DNA of 64,000 bases from Clostridiales bacterium (GTDB taxonomy: Bacteria; Bacillota; Clostridia; Christensenellales; UBA1242). The stretch covers positions 11,860-75,859 of the forward strand of contig SVIQ01000001.1 in assembly GCA_015069415.1 (NCBI GenBank), given 5' to 3'. Below the pieces are notes generated by a model. It was not told where the DNA came from and did not search any database. It worked only from the letters and a program-made list of their open reading frames with translations. The position numbers and the translations under genes are program-made. Below are positions 57,457-64,000 of this stretch, piece after piece (the first letter of the stretch is position 1; the number at the start of each line of letters is the position of its first letter).

Positions 57457-59859
57457 TTAAACAACAATGTTGAAAATTCTACCAGGAATGTAAATTATCT
57501 TTTTAATTCCACTAGCAACATACTCTTTAACATTCTCTATTGCTTTTTCCTTGATTTCATCTTCACTTGCAGTTCTACTTACAGTTATCTTTCCTCTCAA
57601 TTTTCCGTTAACTTGAATAGGAATTTCAACTTCATCAAGAACTAGAGCAGATTCATCAACTGATGGCCAAGTTGCTTCTTCATATTTTCCATAACCCATA
57701 GCATCGAACAATTCGCTTGCCAAATGAGGAGCAAAAGGACTTATGATTGTAATCAATTTTTTATACTCATCTCTAGAAATTTTTCCAACTTTATAAACTT
57801 CATTAACCAAAATCATAACAGCAGAAATAGCTGTGTTAAATTTTGTATTATCAATGTCTGCGGAAACTTTTTTTATTGCAGCATTAAGATGGTAACTCAA
57901 TTCTTTAGTTTCAGACTCTCCACTAACCAATTCTTGAATATTCCAAATTCTATTTAAAAGTTTGTTACAAGCTTTTAATCCTTCTTCGCTCCAAACAACA
58001 GATTCACTGTACTCTCCTATAAACGACATCCATAAACGCAAAGAATCTGCGCCATACTTATCCACCATTAATCTTGGGTCAACGCCGTTACCAGCACTTT
58101 TACTCATTTTCTTACCGTCGGCTCCCAATATCAAGCCTTGTGAAATACGTTTTTTGAAAGGTTCTTCCACAGGAGACAATCCTAAATCATACAACATTTT
58201 TACCCAATATCTCGCATATAACAAATGTCTAGTTGTGTGTTCATTTCCTCCATTGTATAATCCTACAGGCAACCATGCTTTTAAAGCGTCCATACTCGCA
58301 AACTCTTTGTCATTATGCGCGTCACAATATCTCAAGAAATACCAACTTGAGCCAGCCCAACCAGGCATTGTGTCTGTTTCTCTCTTTGCAGGTTTATCAC
58401 ATTTTGGACAAGTCGTATTTACAAATTCAGGAATCATAGACAATGGACTTTCACCATCTTTTGTAGGTTCATAACTTACAACTTTAGGAAGAGTTACAGG
58501 CAAATCTTTTTCGTCCACAGGAACCCAACCACAGCAATCACAATGCACCATAGGAATAGGCTCACCCCAGTATCTTTGACGAGAGAAAATCCAATCTCTC
58601 ATCTTAAAGTTCACTTGTTTTCTAGCAACTCCCATTTTAATTAGTTTTTCAGTTATTGCTTCTTTTGCTTCTTCAACAGTAAGACCTGTAAATTCTTCAC
58701 TATTAATCAATTTGCAACCTTTACCTAAGTAATCTTGTTTTTCAAATGCGCATTCACTGACATCTCTACCATCTATTACTTGAATCATAGGAATTTTATG
58801 TGAAATTGCATATTCAAAATCTCTTTGGTCATGACTCGGAACTGCCATTACTGCTCCAGTGCCATAGTTTGCAAGAACAAAATCTCCAATGTAAACATCT
58901 ACTTCTTTTCCATTTACAGGATTAATTGCTTGAATTCCTTCAAGTTTACAGCCAGATTTTGATTTGTTCATCTCTGTTCGATCAAACTCTGATTTCTTTG
59001 CTGTCTCTTTAATATACTTTTCAACTTCTTCCCAATTTTTAATCATAGGGCGCAATTCTTGAACAATCTTTCCTTCTGGAGCAAGAACCATAAATGTAAT
59101 ACCGTATATTGTTTCAATACAAGTTGTAAAAATTGAAAATTTTCCTCCTTGTTTAAGTTTGAAATCTACTTCGACTCCGTAACTTTTTCCAATCCAGTTT
59201 AATTGACTTTGTTTAATGTGATCAAGGTACTCAGTTTTGTTCAAATCGTCTGCAAGACGTTCTCCATACTGAGTCATCTTAAACACCCATTGAGATTTTG
59301 TTTTTTGAACTGTTTCGCTGTGACATTGACAACAATTTCCATCTTCAACTTCTTCGTTTGCAAGAACACCACAATTAGGGCACCAGTTTACTTTTGTGTC
59401 TTGTTTTTCAACTGCACCCTTTTTGAAAAATTGAATAAATTGCCATTGTGTCCACTTGTAATAATCTTCATCGCAAGAGTTAATAGACCTGTCCCAATCA
59501 ATAGACATTCCTAATCCTTTAACTTGATTTTTAAAAGTTTCTATATTTCTTTCTACAATTTCTTGAGGAGCTTTGTGCTCTTTAATTGCAGTACGCTCTG
59601 CTTCCAATCCAAAAGCATCTGTTCCAAATGGGAACAAAACATTTTTTCCCATCATTCTACGCTTTCTTGCATAAGCATCAATAGCAGTATAACTTCTTGC
59701 ATGACCCATATGCAAACCTATTCCACTAGGATAAGGGAATTCAATCAAAACATATTCATTTTCTTTATCTTTTTCATGATTGTTGACTTTATATGTTTTT
59801 TTCTCATCCCAGTAATTTTGCCACTTCTTTTCGACTTCACTAAAATTATACTCTTTCAT
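57457..59859 (-). CDS. leuS: leucyl-tRNA synthetase
   Basis: HMGHARSY (HIGH), KMSKSAGN (KMSKS), a CP1 domain, 800 aa. ATG at 59859 follows AAAGGAG; the track start at 59925 lies inside the leader terminator. Confidence 0.95.
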   Translation of the reverse strand: MKEYNFSEVEKKWQNYWDEKKTYKVNNHEKDKENEYVLIEFPYPSGIGLHMGHARSYTAIDAYARKRRMMGKNVLFPFGTDAFGLEAERTAIKEHKAPQEIVERNIETFKNQVKGLGMSIDWDRSINSCDEDYYKWTQWQFIQFFKKGAVEKQDTKVNWCPNCGVLANEEVEDGNCCQCHSETVQKTKSQWVFKMTQYGERLADDLNKTEYLDHIKQSQLNWIGKSYGVEVDFKLKQGGKFSIFTTCIETIYGITFMVLAPEGKIVQELRPMIKNWEEVEKYIKETAKKSEFDRTEMNKSKSGCKLEGIQAINPVNGKEVDVYIGDFVLANYGTGAVMAVPSHDQRDFEYAISHKIPMIQVIDGRDVSECAFEKQDYLGKGCKLINSEEFTGLTVEEAKEAITEKLIKMGVARKQVNFKMRDWIFSRQRYWGEPIPMVHCDCCGWVPVDEKDLPVTLPKVVSYEPTKDGESPLSMIPEFVNTTCPKCDKPAKRETDTMPGWAGSSWYFLRYCDAHNDKEFASMDALKAWLPVGLYNGGNEHTTRHLLYARYWVKMLYDLGLSPVEEPFKKRISQGLILGADGKKMSKSAGNGVDPRLMVDKYGADSLRLWMSFIGEYSESVVWSEEGLKACNKLLNRIWNIQELVSGESETKELSYHLNAAIKKVSADIDNTKFNTAISAVMILVNEVYKVGKISRDEYKKLITIISPFAPHLASELFDAMGYGKYEEATWPSVDESALVLDEVEIPIQVNGKLRGKITVSRTASEDEIKEKAIENVKEYVASGIKKIIYIPGRIFNIVV

Positions 59860-59876
59860 AATTTCTCCTTTAAAAT

Positions 59877-59903
59877 AAAAAATTGACAGCGGTTGTGCTG
59901 TCA
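59877..59903 (-). terminator. leuS leader attenuator terminator
   Basis: Minus strand: UGACAGC-ACAACC-GCUGUCA followed by a U-run. The alternative 9-bp helix GGUUGUGCU (59925-59933) / AGCACAACC (59891-59899) overlaps it. Confidence 0.7.
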
Positions 59904-59952
59904 TCAAATTATTTAGCACAACCAAAACACTGTGCCTATATGGATAGGCACT

Positions 59953-59988
59953 CTAGCGTAATAGTAATGCTAAGCTGTTTATTTTCAT
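59953..59988 (-). CDS. putative leaderless Leu-rich leader mini-ORF (MKINSLALLLR)
   Basis: ATG begins 6 nt after the -10 hexamer. 4 of 11 codons are Leu (TTA, TTA, CTA, TTA). Confidence 0.3.
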   Translation of the reverse strand: MKINSLALLLR

Positions 59989-59994
59989 GCTTTT

Positions 59995-60023
59995 ATATTA
60001 TCACAATAAAAATGTCTTGTCAA
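59995..60023 (-). promoter_or_regulatory. leuS leader promoter
   Basis: Minus strand: TTGACA, 17 nt, TAATAT. Confidence 0.65.
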
Positions 60024-60040
60024 CAAATATTAACAAGTTT

Positions 60041-60355
60041 TTATTTTCGAACAAAACTATTGCAAGGAGCTTTGTCTTTTTCACTTCCTACAAAAATTCC
60101 GTTAGAAAAACATTCTCCGCCTTTGTTGAAAATGCAATGAACAGAATCACATGAAATTTGCATAGTTTTACAATGATGATAAGGAGCCATATCTGGCTCA
60201 TGAAAAAACATGTCACGTGAAACATCTTCCACTTCTTTTTCTGCAATTATATTAATGTCCTCACAATAAGCATCAACATCTACATGCAAGTTTTTTCTAC
60301 AACATTTTGCCCTGTCATTATACGAGCAACTATATTTTCTACATACTACATCCAT
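60041..60355 (-). CDS. DUF1540-like Cys-rich small protein
   Basis: Two copies of a V.C....C.YN....C pattern (VVCRKYSCSYNDRAKCC and ISCDSVHCIFNKGGEC). The start is uncertain: ATG at 60355 or TTG at 60391. Confidence 0.45.
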   Translation of the reverse strand: MDVVCRKYSCSYNDRAKCCRKNLHVDVDAYCEDINIIAEKEVEDVSRDMFFHEPDMAPYHHCKTMQISCDSVHCIFNKGGECFSNGIFVGSEKDKAPCNSFVRK

Positions 60356-60450
60356 AGTAATATTTTCTGAAAATAAAAAAAATTTATGCAAAAACTGTCG
60401 ACAAATTAAAATTTTTATGATATAATTCGCAAAACCTAAAGGAGAATATT

Positions 60451-60903
60451 ATGGATTTACTAGAAAAAACAGCTTGGAAAAATGTAATTGAAGATGATAC
60501 AGATCCCGAAATCTTGGTCTCAACATATGAAAAAAGACTTTTAGAAGCAATTAAAAATTCCGGATTAACAAGAGATGAAAAGGACGATTATTACACTACT
60601 TTAATGGATTATATTAAAGAAGCCCCACAAATAAAAAATATTTTAGATTATGCAGATTGGTTGGATATTGTAACTTACATTCACAACAGTCTAAAACATA
60701 AAATTGAAAAACATTTATTCAATCCTGCAAACAGAACTTTAGACAAGTATCAAGCAACTCAAATTTATGCTAGATTAATCAAAAGTTTTAATGAAATTTC
60801 TTCAAGAATTGCACTTCACTTTGAATTGTCTGAAGATTTAGATGTTCCTGTTCTTCACAAATCAAGATCATTACTTCCAAAGTTTGACCCTCTCACTTTT
60901 TAA
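60451..60903 (+). CDS. hypothetical protein
   Basis: AAAGGAG SD, 150 aa, helical; no motif recognised. Confidence 0.5.
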   Translation: MDLLEKTAWKNVIEDDTDPEILVSTYEKRLLEAIKNSGLTRDEKDDYYTTLMDYIKEAPQIKNILDYADWLDIVTYIHNSLKHKIEKHLFNPANRTLDKYQATQIYARLIKSFNEISSRIALHFELSEDLDVPVLHKSRSLLPKFDPLTF

Positions 60904-60962
60904 TATCTTTAAATCAATTGCGAAATTTTAATTTATTTGATATAATTAAATAGAGGTAAAAA

Positions 60963-61406
60963 ATGAAAGTTATTTTAATTAAAGACCTTAAAGGCAAAGG
61001 AAAAGCTGGTGACATCATTGATGTTAACCCAAATTATGCAAGCAACGTTTTGATTAAACAAGGAATTGCAAAAGAAGCAAATGCTAGCAATCTCAATGAC
61101 CACAAAGGCAAAGTAGAATCAAAAGCATTCCATCATGGAGAAATGGTTAAAGAGTACCAAGCATTGGCAGACAAAATTAAAAATAAAACATATGATTTCA
61201 CACTTAACGTTGGAGCCAACGGAAAAGCTTTCGGTTCAATTACAAAACAAGAAATTTTACAAGCATTAACTAATGACGGAATTAAAATTGAAAAAAATCA
61301 AATTAAAGATTTCCCAAGCATTAAAAGTGTTGGAGCATATAGAATTACACTTCAATTAATCAAAGAAGTTTCAGTTGACATTATAGCCAACGTAATTGTA
61401 AAATAA
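60963..61406 (+). CDS. rplI: 50S ribosomal protein L9
   Basis: MKVILIKDLKGKGKAGDIIDV N-terminal domain, 147 aa. Confidence 0.9.
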   Translation: MKVILIKDLKGKGKAGDIIDVNPNYASNVLIKQGIAKEANASNLNDHKGKVESKAFHHGEMVKEYQALADKIKNKTYDFTLNVGANGKAFGSITKQEILQALTNDGIKIEKNQIKDFPSIKSVGAYRITLQLIKEVSVDIIANVIVK

Positions 61407-61437
61407 AAAAATGAGAGATAACTTCTCTCATTTTTTA
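61405..61437. terminator. bidirectional terminator (rplI / glyQS)
   Basis: ATGAGAGA/TCTCTCAT hairpin flanked by an A-run and a T-run. Confidence 0.8.
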
Positions 61438-61443
61438 TATCAA

Positions 61444-62808
61444 TTAATATTGTATTTTTTTAGTAACATAATCTACTAATTCGTCAATACTTAAACGGAT
61501 TTGTTCCATTGTGTCACGGTCGCGAATTGTCACTGTGTTATCTTCAAGAGTGTCAAAGTCGATTGTAACGCACATTGGAGTTCCAATTTCATCTTGACGA
61601 CGGTAACGTTTACCGATTGAACCGGCTTCATCATATGTTACCATGAAATGCTTGCTAAGTAATGCAAACACATCCATAGCCTTTTCGCTTAAATTCTTTT
61701 GAAGAGGAAGAATTGCAACTTTGTAAGGAGCAATTGCTGGATGGAAATGCATAACTACACGAGTGTCTCCACCTTCTAAAGTTTCTTCTTCATATGCTTC
61801 ACAAAGAACAGCAAGTGTCAATCTGTCAGCACCGATTGAATATTCTACAACATTTGGAATATATTTTTCGTTAGTGTAAGGATCAAGATACAACATAGAC
61901 TTACCACTAAATTCTTGGTGACGACTTAAATCCCAATCTCCTCTGTGATGAATTCCGTTTAATTCTTGCCATCCGATTGGATATTTATATTGAATGTCAC
62001 ACGCAGCTTTAGCATAATGTGCAAGTTTATCATGATCATGATATCTTAAGTTTTCAGCATTGAATCCGATTGAAAGCAAGAAATCCCATGCTTTTTTCTT
62101 GTATACTTCATAATCAGCTAAGCTATTTTCAGCTTTGCAAAACCATTGGTGTTCCATTTGTTCAAATTCAATAGTTCTAAAAGTGAAGTTTCCTGGAGTT
62201 ACTTCATTTCTAAACGCTTTACCGATTTGAGCAATACCAAAAGGAACTTTAGCTCTCATACTACGTTGTACATTTAAGAAGTTAACAAATTCTCCTTGTG
62301 CTGTTTCTGGACGAAGATAAATTAAATTTTGATTTTCGTCAGTAACACCTCTAGAAGTTGAGAACATAAGGTTGAAATTTCTAATATTTGTCCAATTACA
62401 TTTTCCACACTTAGGGCAAGCAACTTTATTTTCAAAAATGTAGCTTTCCATTTCTTCGTTTGTCATTGTATCTGGATTAATTTCACCTTTGCTGTGATTT
62501 TCAATTAAATTGTCAGCTCTTTGTCTAGCTTTACAATTTTTACAATCCATTTTAGGATCGCTGAAAGACGCAGTATGGCCACTAGCATCCCAAACTTTAC
62601 TATTCATGAAAATGTCAGCATCGACACCATATGAAGATGGAGCTTCTTGTACAAACTTTTTCCACCAAGCTCTTTTAATGTTATTTTTAAGTTCAACTCC
62701 CACTGGACCATAATCCCAAGTGTTTGCAAGTCCGTCATAAATCTCGCTACCTGGGAAAATAATTCCTCTAGACTTACATAAATTTACAATTTTGTCAAAA
62801 TTTTCCAT
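61444..62808 (-). CDS. glyQS: glycyl-tRNA synthetase, alpha2 (GlyQS) type
   Basis: Class II motifs (YLRPETAQG, FRNE, GADR) and an anticodon-binding C-terminus. ATG at 62808 follows AAAGGAG; the track start at 62868 is unlikely. Confidence 0.9.
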   Translation of the reverse strand: MENFDKIVNLCKSRGIIFPGSEIYDGLANTWDYGPVGVELKNNIKRAWWKKFVQEAPSSYGVDADIFMNSKVWDASGHTASFSDPKMDCKNCKARQRADNLIENHSKGEINPDTMTNEEMESYIFENKVACPKCGKCNWTNIRNFNLMFSTSRGVTDENQNLIYLRPETAQGEFVNFLNVQRSMRAKVPFGIAQIGKAFRNEVTPGNFTFRTIEFEQMEHQWFCKAENSLADYEVYKKKAWDFLLSIGFNAENLRYHDHDKLAHYAKAACDIQYKYPIGWQELNGIHHRGDWDLSRHQEFSGKSMLYLDPYTNEKYIPNVVEYSIGADRLTLAVLCEAYEEETLEGGDTRVVMHFHPAIAPYKVAILPLQKNLSEKAMDVFALLSKHFMVTYDEAGSIGKRYRRQDEIGTPMCVTIDFDTLEDNTVTIRDRDTMEQIRLSIDELVDYVTKKIQY

Positions 62809-63031
62809 AATTTTCTCCTTTTTAATAAAAAATTTTATTGCAAACTTTGTTTGTTTTAAACTTTTCATTTTAATCGCAATTTATTGTAGATTAAATAATT
62901 AAAAGTTTAAAAATTGTGAGTTTACGAACACATTAAAATTTTTTGTTTCAAAATAGCTTAATTATATGTTAACGAGTTCACGAGTAACATATAATTTTCT
63001 CCTTTTTTTATTTTAAGGTTGCAAAGGAATA

Positions 63032-63190
63032 TAAAAAATCCCCATGCATACGCATAGGGACGATAATTCATCTTACCGCGGTTCCACCCTAATTGGACAA
63101 ATCCCACCTTAATTTCTTGTTACGCCAAGAGGAGCGAACGTCATTTTCACGTTTCCAAGCAAATCGCCACTTTGCTTATTGGATTAACTT
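63032..63190 (-). promoter_or_regulatory. T-box riboswitch (Gly), glyQS leader
   Basis: Minus strand: AATTAGGGTGGAACCGCGG (rc of 63076-63094), ...CGTCCCT, terminator CCCTATGC-GTAT-GCATGGGG followed by a U-run (63032-63059), and a candidate GGC specifier at 63124-63126. Confidence 0.85.
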
Positions 63191-63191
63191 T

Positions 63192-63220
63192 ATTATACGT
63201 CATTTTTTTTAATAAGTCAA
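63192..63220 (-). promoter_or_regulatory. T-box leader promoter
   Basis: Minus strand: TTGACT, 17 nt, TATAAT. Confidence 0.65.
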
Positions 63221-63316
63221 CACTTTTTCAAATTTCATCATTAAATCTAAAACAATATTTTTTAATAAAGAAATTCTAATCAAATAATGTCAAGTAAATT
63301 AAAAATTGTTTCAAGC

Positions 63317-63345
63317 AAAAAACTCTAGAAAATCTAGAGTTTTTA
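63317..63345 (-). terminator. terminator of the 63347-63613 gene
   Basis: AACTCTAGA/TCTAGAGTT hairpin with a T-run on the minus strand. Confidence 0.75.
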
Positions 63346-63346
63346 A

Positions 63347-63613
63347 TTACTTTTTAGTTGTCTTCTTAGCAGGAGCTGTCGCAACTGACTTCTTAGCTAC
63401 TGTTTTAGCAGGAGCTTTTGCTGTTGTTTTTGCAACTGTTTTACTAACTGTTTTTGTAGCAGTTTTCTTCGCTGTAGCTTTTACTTCTTTTTTTGGCAAT
63501 GGATTCAATTTATTATACTCATTAACCAACTCTTTACATTTTGACTCTAATTCTTGTAAAGCTTCGAACATTTCGTTAATTATGTCTTTTGATTTTTCTT
63601 TTTTCATAATCAT
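63347..63613 (-). CDS. small protein with coiled N-terminal half and Lys/Ala/Thr-rich basic tail
   Basis: The tail KKEVKATAKKTATKTVSKTVAKTTAKAPAKTVAKKSVATAPAKKTTKK has histone-H1-like composition. Confidence 0.5.
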   Translation of the reverse strand: MIMKKEKSKDIINEMFEALQELESKCKELVNEYNKLNPLPKKEVKATAKKTATKTVSKTVAKTTAKAPAKTVAKKSVATAPAKKTTKK

Positions 63614-63641
63614 TTTCCCCCATAAAACTTATAACTTATTA

Positions 63642-64000
63642 TTAATTGCTAGAACTTACTTCATCAATCTCTTTCTCTGCGTTTTCTCTTCTTTTTTCGC
63701 ATTCTCCAAGAAGCGCTCTTAGTTTACCTAAAACACCTCTTATTCCTTTAGCTGTTTTTGCCATACTTTCACTTCTTTCTGTACTTTTTGTTATATTTGC
63801 CAACAATCCCTTAGACTCGTCAATGAGAAAGCTTTGAATAAAGCTTATATATTCTGCATACTTAATTTCTAAATTCTGAAGTTGAACTGCATTTACTCCC
63901 GCATTCCCAAGCTTTCCAAATCCTGCAAATTGATTTTTTGCATCATTATACATTGCATGTAAAACTGAAATAGAAATAGTTTCAGAACCTTCTTCTAGAG
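63642..64000 (-). CDS. hypothetical protein, possibly 5'-truncated by window edge
   Basis: The track gives M at 63953, but the frame stays open upstream to position 64000 (...LEEGSETISISVLHAMYNDAKNQF...). Confidence 0.4.
   Translation of the reverse strand, partial: LEEGSETISISVLHAMYNDAKNQFAGFGKLGNAGVNAVQLQNLEIKYAEYISFIQSFLIDESKGLLANITKSTERSESMAKTAKGIRGVLGKLRALLGECEKRRENAEKEIDEVSSSN

Noticed and set aside
59860-59925. N-terminal extensions proposed by the ORF track, for leuS (start 59925), glyQS (62868), mrnC (55486), eno (10355), xfp (47207) and the DUF1858 gene (43360)
   Set aside because: In each case an internal ATG has a canonical SD at correct spacing and restores the conserved N-terminus. 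The extensions run through leader terminators, promoters or the preceding gene.
63306-63722. 138-aa plus-strand ORF rich in A/V/F
   Set aside because: It is the mirror image of the Lys/Ala/Thr-repeat gene on the minus strand (AAA/GCN/ACN codons read backwards). It has no SD and crosses a terminator.

Overview
AT-rich, gene-dense chromosomal segment using the standard genetic code (Trp is TGG; TGA acts as a stop). It looks like a low-GC Bacillota (Erysipelotrichia- or Mollicutes-like) anaerobe. Most of the window is housekeeping: lgt, glmM, ung, ileS, acpS, recX, eno, cmk, rubrerythrin, rarA, gap, rdgB, addAB, phosphoketolase, recR-ybaB-dnaX, sigH-rlmB-mrnC, leuS, rplI and glyQS. There is also an envelope cluster (two LPLAT acyltransferases, two GT8, one GT2, LtaS) and three tRNAs: Ser-UGA, Ser-GCU and Asn-GUU. 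I found no rRNA, CRISPR array, transposase or integrase. Promoters are strikingly close to consensus (TTGACA-17-TATAAT), and most units end in clear hairpin plus T-run terminators. Accessory and unusual content, in rough order of interest:
1. A roughly 2.2 kb scar-rich integration hotspot lies at the 3' end of tRNA-Ser(GCU). It carries a translationally coupled PD-(D/E)xK nuclease (with a DUF5655-like tail) plus a stand-alone AlbA_2/Schlafen-like gene pair. This is my best candidate for an undescribed defence-type module.
2. A 426-aa protein with two Rx4H (HEPN-like) motifs is wedged behind acpS.
3. An orphan 540-aa protein with a C-terminal HD domain is flanked by a duplicated tRNA-Ser(UGA) terminator.
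4. ileS and leuS each have a consensus promoter, a probably leaderless mini-ORF rich in the cognate amino acid, and then a terminator. glyQS instead keeps a canonical T-box.
5. A leader-peptide attenuator sits in front of an ABC exporter.
6. An XRE/P-loop/CYTH fusion gene is frameshifted.
7. There is an odd protein with 17 cysteines and low sequence complexity.
All family assignments rest on motifs read by eye. No database search was run.
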